From Lytechinus pictus (Eukaryota): a stretch of 64,000 nucleotides of DNA. Of this stretch, positions 24,020-37,669 are shown piece after piece; within the stretch, counting starts at the first letter, position 1; the number at the start of each line of letters is the position of its first letter. The notes beneath the pieces were generated by a model that saw only the letters and a program-made list of their open reading frames with translations, was not told where the DNA came from and did no database searches. Location: assembly GCF_037042905.1 (NCBI RefSeq), contig NC_087252.1, positions 14,136,001 to 14,200,000 of the forward strand, given 5' to 3'. The position numbers and the translations under genes are program-made.

Positions 24020-25493
24020 TACATGAAGTATGTACAGTACTTTTTGGGGTATGGATGTATTGAGCAGTGAGTAGTGATTGTGTGGAGCCTACTACATGTA
24101 CACACTGTTTTTAGTGTTTCATTATCATGGGCAAGGAACGTGGTCAGTGTCAGTAGTTATAGTCGTGAGGTGACATGCTACAAGGCTGCTCGTTATCTTT
24201 CTTTTTTTTCTTTTTTTTGGTGCTTTTTATGAACAGTGCCTCACGATATCACCCTTTTTTCATTAATAAAAATGATGTAGGCTTTATGCCTCGACGTAGT
24301 CCATATACCGTAGTCATTCCATTCCGCTCTTTATTCAACTGCTTCAGATCCCATTTTCCCCAAACTGTTCCCCACATTAGGTCCCGAAGCCCAAGGACGA
24401 AGGGTCAGCTAAACACTCTTCAATTTCTGTTGGTTTTGGATCAAGTTTAACCGCTATGTTCAAAGTTGTGCCAAGTTTCTGAATAGGAATTCAGAGTAGG
24501 CACTTCGAGCTGGCAACCCCATTGCCATTGTGTTGTCGGTTAATGTCTTAAAGGGAGTTTCAATTTTCATTTGAATAAACAGCAAGGATAGGAGGGACAT
24601 TGTAAAATGAGAAGAGTTCTATTCTAGATTGGAGGGACGATAATGTAGAAAGGTGGTTTATTGTGTCATGGAATTAATAGCAAAAAATATAGGTTTCTTG
24701 CTCAGGGGTCAAAGAAAGAATGGCAGATGAAGATTCTTAAGAATGAAAACTGGAAAAGATGTTTGTTCTTTTTGTTTTGTTTAAAATGCAAGGAGGTCAT
24801 TATTCACATACCTCGCACAAAGTACAGAATCAAGGGTCCCTACATGTTTGTAGGCTTATAATTATACTACATACATGTACGTATCAAGATTTGTCATTTG
24901 TGATACTACTGTAGTATGATAATCAAAGAGTGAGGGGCATAAACAAGTGTTTCTGGGCACTACTTTGTCCAATAATCCTATCTTTCTAGTCAAAAGAAGG
25001 TTGCCATATTAAAATTAAAGATTCTTTTGAACTGTTTTGTACATGTGCTGTACATAGTTCAAACGCAAAATATTACTGAGAAGCATGACATGTATACAAT
25101 GTGCACTTCCCTGATCCAAACCAATGCTCCGCATTGCATTCCGACACTTTCTTGGTTCTCCCCACCCTTCGTTGCATGTTACGATGCACTGTATTGAAGT
25201 TGGCCTATAAAAGTAAATATTACCTGTCCATGCATAACAAAAATTGTTTGCTAAATGTCTGCACTCTATTGTTGTAAGGTCAAATTTTCTGCTTTATCAC
25301 AGGTGCGAAACACCCTCAGTGAACTTAATGTGTTTATATTCGATTATTCAACGAATTATTCTGTTATTAGGTATTTACATGACGTGTGGAATAGCAGTAA
25401 GATCAATAGACCCATTCTCACCAGCCCATTTTGGCTCGGTATTGAGATTTTACTAGGCTTGTGCCTATGTACAGGGGCACTGTGGTCTTCAGC

Positions 25494-25678
25494 TAGTCTG
25501 CAGGCACAGACCCTGATTGAAACTTTGATCAACAAGTGGGTCTCCATGCAAAGACTAGCACGTATAAAACCTGCTGTTTCAATTCGAGGGCCTTCAGTAC
25601 AGGTACACAAGGCATTATACATGTACAGGCTGCTTATTCAGACCCTTAACCCGAGTGAAGGGTTTGCACAGCAGACTA
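25494..25678 (+). mobile_element. TAGTCTG...CAGACTA mini-element with 9-bp TSD
   Basis: TSD GTCTT(C/A)AGC; copies at 38458-38620 and 61958-62126. Confidence 0.8.
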
Positions 25679-25747
25679 GTCTTAAGCAGTGTGTACATGT
25701 AGGCCGCGCATTCAGACTGCTTGTATCAACTTGGGTTTGCACACAAA

Positions 25748-26068
25748 GGCCCGTATTCTGAAGTCAGGTTTAATTTAAACTCTGGTTTTTAATACTGTAA
25801 GTTGTGGTTTAACTATGGAAAGCCCATTATTACATAAATCTCTCACAGTAGAGGTTCAATGTATCAGCTCATTTGACTCCAAAAACATTATTAACTGCCT
25901 GGGAAGGATAAGTATGACAATTGTCTTCACCATTGAATAATTAGTGAAGAGCACAGTTAACATGAGAAGCATTCACTGTAAACAAAATGTTGAAACGTTT
26001 GGCTTCCCATAATTTTAGCACAGAGTTAGACCATGGTCTAAGTTAAACCCGACTTCAGAATACGGGCC
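25748..26068. mobile_element. Harbinger-like MITE
   Basis: TIR GGCCCGTATTCTGAAGTC; second copy 34084-34407. Confidence 0.8.
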
Positions 26069-28126
26069 AAAGTGTATAGACATACAAGTATGTAGGGTCT
26101 GTATTATCAGACTATTGTTTAGTTGAGGGGGGAGGAGACTGAGAGTGAGCGAATGAGTCATGAGTACAGTCATCACCCAAATGGCCATCTCATCCATATC
26201 ACGTTTTAATACACATACAGTACTTCCACATAAAATTTGTTGAGAAGCAACAGCCCATATTTCACCCAAATCTAGTACATCAATACAATATCTTGCAAAA
26301 AATGCCTTCAATAAATGTCTGTAATTTATTCTTTCCTACTTTTACATCCACTGTGTATAAATTACAATTTAATGGCCCTGTAGGCTGTAGTGTAGGCTTG
26401 CCAAGGATCTTTTTAATTTGGATATTGTGTGCATGCAGTAAATGCATTTCCACTTTTAGAATATGATGAATAACAATGTTCAGTGTAAATTTCACACCAA
26501 TTGATACATGGATCAACATAATACACAAATTTCCTATTAATTATGTTTATTGTACAGTACATACTTCACAGTGTGTAAGAGGATTTGTTTTAAAATTCCA
26601 ATAATGGTAATATTTGAAATAATACCAAAGAAAAGTGTTTTGTCCTTCCAATCCTTTGTGAAATGAAGGTTTTGCCATGATAGGGCCTAAACATGCGTGT
26701 ACATGTATGTCCACAGCATACAGTACATTCCATATATCCAATCATGCTGAAAAAACGTTTTCAAATTCAATATGAATTCTATCAAGTATCAAGTGATACC
26801 CAATTCAATTCATGATCAAAGAATTGTGACTGGTAGTGTACATGTACATACCTGGAAGTGCTGCCAATGTTTTATTTACTGAGAAACACACCTTTGAGTA
26901 TCATTGTAGACACGTATTTCATAAAATTAATCATCTCATACATGTACATGTACATACTGTACCGAATTGCAGTCCCTGCAAGATGAATCCATCTGCTTGT
27001 TTAATAATAAGGAAAGGTTTTAGCCAGCCATTAGTCAGCCATTTTGGGGAAAAAGGGCCTCTTCTGCCTCGTGCCCACTCAGACAGGACGCTTAACATAT
27101 TCTTAAATATATTTCGCCTATTATAACCCTCCTCTATTTTTGGCTCTGTATGATTCACACCCCTATACATGTAGGTAGCGACAACTAAAACAAAAGGAAA
27201 GAAAGGTTGATTAATAAAGTAGGAGAGACAAGGGTTATCTCTTGAAAAGCTTCATAAATTACCTCTCTTGTACACTCTAGACTGCTTTTACACCTTCCCA
27301 GTTCTGAAAAATGCTTGGTATTCAAGTAGGTCATTCCACTAGTGTGTGGAATTTGCAGCGGAGCAATTGTCGGCTGAGAAAATGTTGTGGAACCTTCAAT
27401 TCATTCCACTTATGAATATACTTTTAACGATGTTTATGACAGTTTCATGAATGCATTTTTTAAAAACAACTTTCCATTTAAATAATTTGCATTCCTTGAA
27501 AGAAATTTACAGCAAATTTGTTTATAGTGGGGATGTTTTTCTTCAAAACTTTGAAAGCATGAACAAGCATTTTTTCCCCAAGTTTGATGGGATTTTATAG
27601 CTGTGTTAAAACTTATTATATGTATGAGACAATGATGTGAGGCTAGGGAAAATGTGCATCCTTGTCTTCAGGAGGCTAATAAACTCAAAGAAGATGATGT
27701 AAAATAGCTATTTTGTATTTAATCATGATTCTGAATATTGTACGTAAAACTGGATTGATAAAATACGGTTCAGAATTCATGTTTTCAAATTTGTGGATAT
27801 TTGCTTTCCAGGCAATAGCCTAGAGGTAAAGACCATAATTGAGCCAGTGCGATATAATGAAATAATAATCATAATAATATAAAGTCACTGAATCAAAGAA
27901 TATGTGATTACATGTCCCATTTCACATTGCTCCGTCATGCGAATGTGATGTGACCGCCTTTCAAGCGCAGAGATTTCAATAATCATTATAAAGAGATAAA
28001 ATAGTGGGTTCTACTTCATACCGGTTGCTTGCATATACACAGTGTACATTTGTAGATGTTGCTTCATGAATTGGAGCGTTGAATGACTTCACTTTTGATA
28101 TAGCCAATAACTTATGAAAACATGCA

Positions 28127-28308
28127 TTATAATAATAATATTCCGCATTTATATAGCGCTTAATACATCGGAACGACGTCTCTAAACGCTTTACAGACAT
28201 ATCATTACCCCGGTCATCGGATCCTTGCATGCCCGCATACAATGTATGCACCTTCTCCACTCCCTGGGGAGCATTCCAACAAGAGTTCCGAGACTCAATT
28301 GCTAGGCA
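28127..28308 (-). mobile_element. 3' half of a SINE (Deu/Nin-domain-like, L2-type tail)
   Basis: On - strand ATGCTCCCCAGGGAGTGGAG ... TGTAAAGCG...AAGCGCTATATAAAT(TAT)n. Confidence 0.65.
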
Positions 28309-28805
28309 TTATGACCGAGATTTTCTCATGGATGTTTGCACGTGATTGTCGATTGGGCTATAATGTATGTACAATGTAGACCCAGTGCCTGTACTTTTAA
28401 ACAGTTTCTCTTAATTAGCTCTTTTACTTTTTAATCACCAATAGCACAACACCAGGAACAGTCTAACCCCTTTTCTGCTACTCAATACAAAATTTATACT
28501 TTACACCTTCAACATATAAAACTTCAGCTTTTATCTTGTTTTATTTTCATCATGCACATTGAAAATTCTGTGATAAAATTATTAAAGAATTATCCACATC
28601 CCCAAAAGGTATAAATATTCTATGTACAGCAAAAGAACCCTCTGCCTTTAATATATTTCTATTTTAAATATTTCCAATATGTATCAACAGACGTCTTATT
28701 TCATGTTCATGCTTCGAATTTTATCTTCTGCAGTAACATTCATGAGCCAGCCAGGGGTGGATACGATTCTTGCCCTCCTGAGTTGCTGCCGCCATTCTTG
28801 CCAAT

Positions 28806-28900
28806 ATGATGAGCCCAGAGGGAGCGATGGTGGTGAGGGTATCAGCCAGTACAGTAGCTCAGCCCACTAGCACAGAAACCATCAGCACATCGCCAGACAG
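28806..28900 (+). CDS. Gene 2 first coding segment A (MMSPEGAMVVRVSASTVAQPTSTETISTSPD-), within exon 28734-28900
   Basis: TTTTATCTTCTGCAG acceptor, CAG|GTGAGT donor, GC-richer than its flanks, ends in phase 2. Confidence 0.65.
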
Positions 28901-28969
28901 GTGAGTGTTCACACTAATCCACTTGTTAACGTTTATAGTTGTGGAAATCGTTCGACACCTTTACAACTG

Positions 28970-29097
28970 TGGGGGTGTCGTGGTTAAGACTCTCGTCTTC
29001 CAATCAGTGAGGGATGTTGGCTCGATTCCCAGCCATGGCGTGTTTTCTTCAGCAAGAAATTTACCCACATTGTGCTGCACTCAACCCAGGTGAGGTA
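28970..29097 (+). mobile_element. 5' part of a tRNA-derived SINE
   Basis: Degenerate A and B boxes (GCTCGATTCCC) followed by CAGCAAG...GCACTCAACCCAGGTG core. Confidence 0.6.
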
Positions 29098-31432
29098 TTT
29101 GTAAAAAATCATGGTGACCTGCACCGAATGGGACAAAATTTGTGACTTTAGAAGCTGATGAAGTCAAGAAAAATACAAATATTACGTACTGTACCAAGAA
29201 TATATAACAGATACATCAGAGTAAACATTCATCGACATGTAACTTTTATGCATACATCAACTTGGGAAATTGAGTTCAACAAAATTGAAATGGAGTGAAG
29301 TTGTCTGCAGCACATGTGCAAACTATACATCAATGTGGTGAGCATAAACTGTATGGACCAGGCTAATTTCCCTTTTTATGAGGAATCCAATCCAGCATGC
29401 AAAAATGTTTATGATAAAAGGTACATCATTCAAAAGTTTAAACATAGATGGTGATTTCAGACCTGTTAAGAAGAGAATGTATATTGAGTTAATCCCTAAA
29501 TATTGGACCTCAATGTTCAAATTTGAGAAACCGCTTTGAACATAGAAAAAGAATGATTCCTTTATTTTGTCAGGGATCCAATATGTCATTTGAATCAGAC
29601 ATTATTTAGATTTTGTTGTTGTTTAATTGATAAAAAGTGATATAAAGATTTTTAAACTGTAAATTTTGCTTTAATTTTTCTGAAAATGTGTAAAATGAAA
29701 AAAAAAGAGTAATAAAATTGAGATTTTATCTTCCAAAATTGAATACAGGGTAAATAAATAAAGGTGAGAGGATGCAAAATTCACTTATTAGTATGTTATA
29801 TAAAATGGCAAGTTCCCTCAAGTCTGCGCAGTCCCCCTTGTCAGGTACATCTGCGCAATTCTAGTAAAAAGAAGATACACAATGAACACAAACTTTACAC
29901 ATGCAATAATAGGCAGATATCAGCCAGATATTCATAAAAAAATCTGAATCAAAATGGTGGAAAAATAATGAATTTTGGGCATTTCTTGTGACGGCCTCAA
30001 ATTATGCAGCCTTCCTCATCAAAATCCCTGAATCGCATGCAAAGTGAATGGGAGCACAGACATGGGGCACAATTTTTTTTTGTTTAATCTAAAAATGACT
30101 GCCCTAGCTTTTTTTCCAAGAAATTCATATATATCTTTCAAATTCTTATGAGATATTTGGCATGCCAACTCATAATGATGTAAGGAACATTATCAAATGA
30201 AAGCTAAATAAAAAGAAATAAATAGAAATATTAACTCAAATCATTAGGTGCACCGACTTGGGGGCCATCATCATACATGTACATGTATAATGGAGAGACT
30301 CATTGATATAATAAAAGTCTGTTTGACATTTTTAATGTATAGGCCTGAATGTGCCAAGTAAGCAGCTGCATTGTTACCCCTGAAACAGGCTTCATAGTGA
30401 ATCATTCTACATAAAGGCTTCAGTTATAAACTTTGTATCTCGATGCAAAGTACATGTACTTTTGGGGAAATGAAAGAATTTCCTTTGAAATTCAGACTTT
30501 GAATGTTTCAATTCATGTATTTCTTGATGTTAAAATTGTTTTATTATTATATCACAGAACAATAATATTAAAAGCAATACATATACAAAAATACAATTTA
30601 GAAACTGTAACAAAAGATTAAAAAGAAATACTGTATCGGCAGGAATTGCTTTACATTGTACAGTAGGCCTACTATTTTGGGGATTTCATGAAAGTACCGT
30701 TAACTCCTCCAAACACGTATGCAGTTTATAAAGAAGCTGTCTATTTATGATAACACTCCAAATAATAGTAATTTGTCCCAAATAATAGGGCAAATTTTAA
30801 AGTCATGTACCTATTAAAAATATGTACATTATAAAGAGGGAAGGACTCTTTTTTGTTTCAGTTTATAGTTTACCAGAAAGAGTACTAATTACACTTTAAG
30901 ATAGATGTTTGAAGTTATTTCTCAATCCATCTATCCCATTCTAAATCAGACAAATCATCTCATGAGGGAGTTTCAATGCCTATCGAAACTCTAATATCAG
31001 AGCAAAGTCTAAATTTTGCACACAAGTAGGGATCCAAATAATAACTTTATATGGAGTTAATGGACCTTAAACATTGGTATTGTCCAGGGTTTCTCTGCAA
31101 TTGTGTTTCAACTCTATTCTCTTTCCCAATTATTGAGTGGATTTTTTTGCAGTACGTGCAGTACGTAATCTACGTACTTCAATAGAATCAGATGATTGAT
31201 GATGTATTGTGTGGCTGTCATAGCAATAAAACAGCGTACTGTTTGCGAATATTTTAAGGTTTTTTTTAAGTTTCTTCCTCTTCCTTCTACATACAATGTA
31301 CATGTACGGGTCTATTTGTTGTGCCGTACTGCTAATCCATGCAATCAAATTTTCTCTGAAATTTAAATTAATGGCTTTTACACTGTAAATTGGAGAAAAG
31401 GGTTTTATTCAGTTTTAATATGATCAACCATA

Positions 31433-31598
31433 CACTGTAAAAAATGAAGTGTAATTTAGCACTTACAGTGCTTGTATGACTGCTAGTCTATCGAGTGCTG
31501 ATTGTTTAGTTTAAATTTGAACTAGAAAATCAGCACTCATAGTGCAGTCACTATACTAGCACTGTAAGTGCTAAATTAGCACTTCATTTTTTAGAGTG
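31433..31598. mobile_element. TA-flanked CACT...AGTG foldback MITE
   Basis: Near-complete palindrome with TA TSD. Confidence 0.75.
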
Positions 31599-32364
31599 TA
31601 AAGTCATGAAATTTTAATATTGGGACAGCTGCTCATTCTGTTATAATATACAGGTATCATGTAGATCTAGACTACAGGTATGGCTTCACAAAATCAAACC
31701 TTGAATTAAAATTGGAGAAAATGGTTTTCAGTCATGATTGATCAAACCATAAATTAGGTTTCCTTCAAATTCAAATCGCACCGCCTTGAGTCGGTGACTA
31801 CCGATTTTAATTGTGATAATTGGTTGCTGAAAACTGTCTTTATATGGCAAGCTTGCCATTATTGTACACTGTCGTTTTTCACTGTGTGACAATGGAACCT
31901 GACTATTATTGTTTCTTTTCGAGGGGGAAGGGTCGAAACCAGGGATCGAAAGAGGGAAAAGGGAAAATGCATACGATTTTTATAATCATATACGATAAAT
32001 TCTTAATTGGTCTAAAACCAATCTAGTTGGTCAGTACAGTCTCGACCCATTACATGATGTACCTAGGCCTAATAGCATTTTGTCTACCAAACAATGTATG
32101 AAACGGTGTCCCTGGATTGAAGCTCAGAATATTTCTGCTCCATCGTCATTACCACCACTACCATTACCTCTCGTTTATATTTTTTATCATGAATCATAAA
32201 GTTATGAAATAATATTGTATTGTATTCTGCATATCAATCATATTCTCTGCTTTATAATAATATTCCAACTAGCTTTGCTCAAAAACAGAACATAGAAAAT
32301 TGGTCACAAAATCCAAATCTCCTTTTAACGTTAGAAATAAAAGAACACACAAAACAGGCGTTAA

Positions 32365-32965
32365 AGGGGAATCCAACCCAAATAAAAACTTGTTTTTATA
32401 AGGAAAAGAAAAATGAGACAAGATGATAGGTGAAAGTTTGAACAATATTGGACAAACAACAAGAAAGTTATGAATTTTTAAAAGTTGTATATATTGGTAA
32501 TCACTATACCCATGGAGACTTCAAATTTGCCACATATGGGATGTCATAGTGATGTAAGGCAAGGACTACTCTTCCATGTACTCCAATACATATTATGGCT
32601 AAAATGTCATTTTCCCCAAAAGTTTTATTTCAAATTATATTTTTCTTTCATGAGGACATAAAACATTATACTACCTGGGTTATATATAGATTACTGCCCC
32701 AGGGGAATGGGTACTTAGGAGAAAACCACAAATCCCTGATAATAAAGTACATGGCCTATGGGAAAGATGTCCTTGCCCCTTGTCATAATTTACTTACCCA
32801 GTTGCCAATTTGAAATCTACATAGTATTAGAGATCTCAATTTTAAAGCAGCTATAACTTTCTTATTGCTTGTCCGATTTCTTTCAAACTTTCACCATTCT
32901 GTTTAATTTATTTTTCTCCTTCCCAACACTACATTTTATTTTTATGGCCAAGGCTGGATTCCCCT
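32365..32965. mobile_element. Kolobok-like MITE, family B (inverted relative to 20677-21270)
   Basis: TTAA TSD; ORF track shows the near-identical MAKMSF.. frame on opposite strands. Confidence 0.85.
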
Positions 32966-33959
32966 TTAATTTAAATAAAGAAAATATGAATTACATATGA
33001 AAGTTGATAAACGCGATTCTGGAGAAAAGAAGAGAGTACAAACAACTTAAGAATCAACTTGACGTATTATCACTCAGTTTTACACCACTAGCAAAAGTTA
33101 ATTACTGCATCCCCCCCCCCAAAAAAAAAATTACGGTACAGGCCGGGCGCGACCGATATTTTGCGTTGCTCTGACGTAATTTCGTCCCACCCGTGGAAGG
33201 GACGAAGGGCCAGGGCTGGCTCTGACGTAATTTCGTCCAAGCCGCGGCGGGATGAATCTCGTATACATGTAAGGCTACATGTAGGGCTGATATTGCAGAG
33301 CTCTTGGATCTGTCGTCCTGGGCGCGGCGGGATGAATCGCGGCGCGCTCGGGGCGTGCAAGCAGAAAAAGGGGCTCACTGAATTGCCACATCGTCCCGGA
33401 CGGCAGAATTTCATCCCGGGCGCGGCGGCCCGCAACCAATAATAAGTTTGCTTTCCCTAAAAATGATATCAATTCCCTGGGAATACTCAACCGAGTACTA
33501 GCATCAAGTGACTTGCTCAATGTTCACTCTTTCAAAGAGAATGAGTTTTAGTTATGCTGCCCTCTTGTGTTTAGAATCCATAGAGTCCTGCATTGCAAAA
33601 TGTAGTATGACAGAGCATCAAATAATGAGTGGTTATAAAACTTCTTCTAGAATTTAGGAAATTCTTTGAAATTCTGAGTTTGTTGGAAATTTGTTTAAAA
33701 CAAATGTGAAGATATCAGGAAATTAGTTAAAATTCAAGCTGTGGAAACACTGAATTACATTGTGAAAGTCTGTCTCAAACATGTTAGCATTCACCTCCTG
33801 GCAAGGTTCACTCTCAAAAGGAAATAAATCACCATTTTTCGTTACATTTCAAAATGAATCCCAATTCTAGCTTTTGGTTTTATATGATTCAGATTTTTTA
33901 AAAATTTTTAACAAACAATTTGCCTATTAAATGTACATCATTGTGCCCAGGGACTGCAC

Positions 33960-34490
33960 GAGTCTGTAGTCACAGACCCTTGGTTTTCACAATTCACGTA
34001 GTGCATAACAAAGAGTCTGAATTAGTGAGACTAGATTCATTGTGTACTATGCATGTGGCTGGCTCTACCAAGGCACAGACATCGGCCCATATTCTGAAGT
34101 TGGGTTTAACTTATTAAAACTCAGGTTTAAAGTTGTGGTTTAAGTATGGATAGCCAATTGTTACATAAATCACTATTAAACAGTATAGATTTCATATTTC
34201 AGCTCATTTGGCTCTCAAATCATTCATAATTGTCTAGGAAGTATAAATAGGTGATTGTCTTCACCATTGAAGAATCAGGAAATAGCACAGTAAATATAAG
34301 AAACATATATTAAACTTAATAAAAAAATTTGACACTTTTGGCTTCCCATAATTTTAGCACAGAGTTAGACTATGGTTTAAGTTAAACCTGACTTCAGAAT
34401 ACAGGCCAGAGTCTTTGGATTCTAGTCTTCACTCTAGACCTCTTATTGATTGAAGTCAAGTATCAAATAGGAGTCTGTGCTTGCAGACTA
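33960..34490. mobile_element. 9-bp-TSD (T)AGTCTG...CAGACTA element containing nested MITE 34084-34407
   Basis: TSD GGACTGCA(C/T) at 33951-33959 and 34491-34499. Confidence 0.65.
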
Positions 34491-35399
34491 GGACTGCATA
34501 TATCTTGAACAATGTAATGTACACATTCATGAACTACAAGGTTCGGTCATCTCATTCTCCCTCATTGGACCTATACATGTAGTCTGTACCAGCCCCCCTC
34601 CCCCTGCCAAAAAAAGAGAGTTATAAATCTGGGAAAGGGAAATGAGTATTTCCTCTCTTAACTTAACTCCAAACAAGCGGAAGTCGACTAATTAACAGGC
34701 TTCAATGCTGTGTGACCAGGCTACAGTACTTATTAAACAACAGTGCTACAGAGTTTACAAAATACAAACATGCTTTCCAGTGCAACTTGGCACCATAAAG
34801 AATTATGATATTTTCCTCATTTGAGAACAAAAAAAGATACAAACATGATGTCATGAACACTGTACTTTTAGTTGAAGCGTGATGAAATGTTGGATGTTAA
34901 AGATAATGCTTGACAAGTTGGTCAAAATGGTCAATTCACTTTGCAATTTGGAGAGATTTATAACAGTTTTTATTAGGTGATCAGTCATAAAAATACTGTT
35001 TGTTCCAATTGAGATGATGCTCACTACGTACTTGTAATTGTTATTAGATTATTTTACGCACGATACATGTATCTACACACTTAAAGTTCTGTTCAAAATT
35101 TCAAAAATGATGAACTTTACAGTAGGATCTGCCTTTAAAGTACATGAACTTTAAGTTTGAACAAATCATTAAAATTTGAATGTCAACGAAGTTTGATTTT
35201 TTAATATTTTATCTCCAATGAATTACATGTACATGCCAACTCATGGTTGTTTAAACCTATAAAAACAAGACAGCCACTGTTTTAAATAAAATGTAAAACA
35301 ACTTTGTATATAACAAATTGAAAACACCTTTATTACTGTGTAGATTTCTCAAGCTATGAGTAAAAACCCAATTATCCCAAACCCCAAAACAAAAATTAT

Positions 35400-36030
35400 G
35401 TAGTGGTGCTAGAGAAGGCAAGCTCATTTTGCTCTTTCATCACCATTCAAACACCGAACTGAAAATCACATAACACACATTAGGTGTTGGTGCTAGATGA
35501 GGCAATCTCAGTTCTTTCAACACCATGAAACGCGAGCAGCAAGCACCAAACTGTAAATCACAAAACTAACATGAGGTGTTGGTGCTAGATAAGGCAAGCT
35601 CAATTGCTATTTCATCACCAACACCATTTAGCACGAGCTGCAAATACCAAACTGGAAATCTCAAAACTCAACATTAGGTGTTGGTGCTAGATAAGGCAAG
35701 CTCAATTGCTATTTCATCACCAACACCATTTAGCACGAGCTGCAAATACCAAACTGGAAATCACAAAACTCAACATTAGGTGTTGGTGCTAGATGAAGCA
35801 ATCTCAGATCTTTCAACACCAACACCATGAAACGCGAGCAGCAAGCACCAAACTGTAAATCACAAAACTAACATTAGGTGTTGGTGCTAGGTAAGGCAAG
35901 CTCAATTGCTATTTCATCACCAACACCATTTAGGACGAGCTGCAAATACCAAACTGGAAATCACAAAACTCATCATTAGGTGTTGGTGCTAGATGATGCA
36001 ATCTCAGTTCTTTCAACACCAATACCATGT
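35400..36030. repeat. ~100-bp minisatellite (6-7 units, two variants, internal hairpin)
   Basis: GGTGTTGGTGCTAG at 35483, 35575, 35677, 35779, 35877, 35979. Confidence 0.9.
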
Positions 36031-37308
36031 ATACAGCTTTAGTTTAAGCTTCAAACACGAACTGGATACATATCCCGAAAGATCAGTTAGATCGTGGAAT
36101 TTGCATATTACCAGATCCTCTCCAATTGACCTGACAACATGTGGGCAGGACTTTATACAGGTGTAGGCCTATAATGGTGTACTAAAATGATTGTATGAAA
36201 TTGAACAAAGTTTGAGCTGAATTATAAAAAAATAACCCTTTGCTTGTTGCAGTATTAGAGAGCTCTCTATAGATTTTTTTTTAACTGAAGTGATGCGGCA
36301 AAGTTCCATGTCTTATACTTTCCACAGACATACTGTAGACCTCATCTATTCCAATTTGTTAATTGATAGCCTGTGGTCACTCGTGGTCATCGCAAGGTCG
36401 TTCTTAATTACCGGTTTGGTTCCTCTTTCTCGCAGGAAGTTATGGCCGGGTTCTCGGTGCTAAGTGGCCAGAACCCCAAAGGAAATTGTGTTGATTTTCG
36501 ACTGCTTAAACTAGGTTGATATGATTTGTGTTTTTTATTCGTTCCAGGTGTCTCTGCTTCACAATGTGACAGGAATTCAATACATGGATATGTTCATAGA
36601 CAACATACTTGACTTTGAGATCATGTCATTCTTAAAATTGTCTAGCACTTCTGGATACTTTGCATGTAAGAATGTCTTGTGTATCAGATTTCATATCCAC
36701 ACTTCATTGTTTTCGGAGCAGACTCAGTATTGAATTGTATACTGGATTAATCAATGCACTTCGTGTGACTATGAGCAGTGTTATTTGGATTTGGCATACA
36801 TATAGCGGAAAAGGGTTAGCATCGAATATAGGATATCCATGCATGGGATTTTGTTTTTGATACAGTATTAAAAAGGGAAAATGTTGCAGGGGAAAATCAC
36901 TTTCTGGAGACTTTCCAATTTTTGTTTTAATATGAAATTCGGAGTCTGGATTTTTCTTTGAGCAGATTGAGATATTGAGATGTTGTGATGAAACTGATTG
37001 CTACATTTTATGTACTATTGACGCTTTCACAATTGTGACCTTCTCATGCCCCTTCCATTTACAGCCCTGGGAGTACATATGTATTTGCGGATGTGGACTA
37101 CATCTACATGTACATGTACCTTTTCTTGAAAAATTAATCAGTGGTTCCATGACATTTGCGCCAGCGACAATTACGGGGATGGAAAATCTGCATGTTAAGC
37201 CAAACATAATACTAGTAATATACAAAACTAAAATGAAGTATATCTTGTTTACATTACTCTGGACCAAATTTTTTTATTACAATCCCAACTCTAACCCTTT
37301 CCCTCTGA

Positions 37309-37669
37309 AGGGCCTTCTGTACCAGCCCGAGTTTTCAAATTAGCGCGCTATTTCTGATCCGGCAAATTATCCCTATCTGAACAATCTCAAGATTATTTGT
37401 AATGGAGATGCAATTCTCGCGCTAGTTCGTAGGATTAATCTCGAGATTGCAATCCCAAGTCAACTTGGGATTATTTGCAAAATAGCGTGCTATTTTACGA
37501 ATTATCCGCCTTATTCGCAGGTGCAGACCCACTTGGGATTATTTATTCACGGCGTCAGAGTCAGACCATAATGCATCGACGCCTTGCTCGAGCAGGAATC
37601 GCTCTTCTTGCGATGGTGGAGACGGTGTTTCTTGAATCTCGAGATTAATCACGAAGAGGGCCGATCGGT
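37309..37669. mobile_element. Harbinger-like MITE, truncated
   Basis: Homologous to 44127-44474 and 47073-47472. Confidence 0.75.

Noticed and set aside
25255-25761. 168-aa ORF
   Set aside because: Runs through a 185-bp transposon insertion; no recognisable homology or exon signals.
35400-36030. CRISPR-like array
   Set aside because: Eukaryotic context, inter-repeat sequences are themselves repeated, no cas genes.
36448-36477. Iron-responsive element (GGGTTCT-C...AGAACCC hairpin)
   Set aside because: Lacks the CAGUGN loop and the 5-bp upper stem.
36548-36666. Additional coding exon (MDMFIDNILDFEIM.., CAT|GTAAGA)
   Set aside because: That frame ends in phase 1, unlike the other exons; may be non-coding, unsupported.
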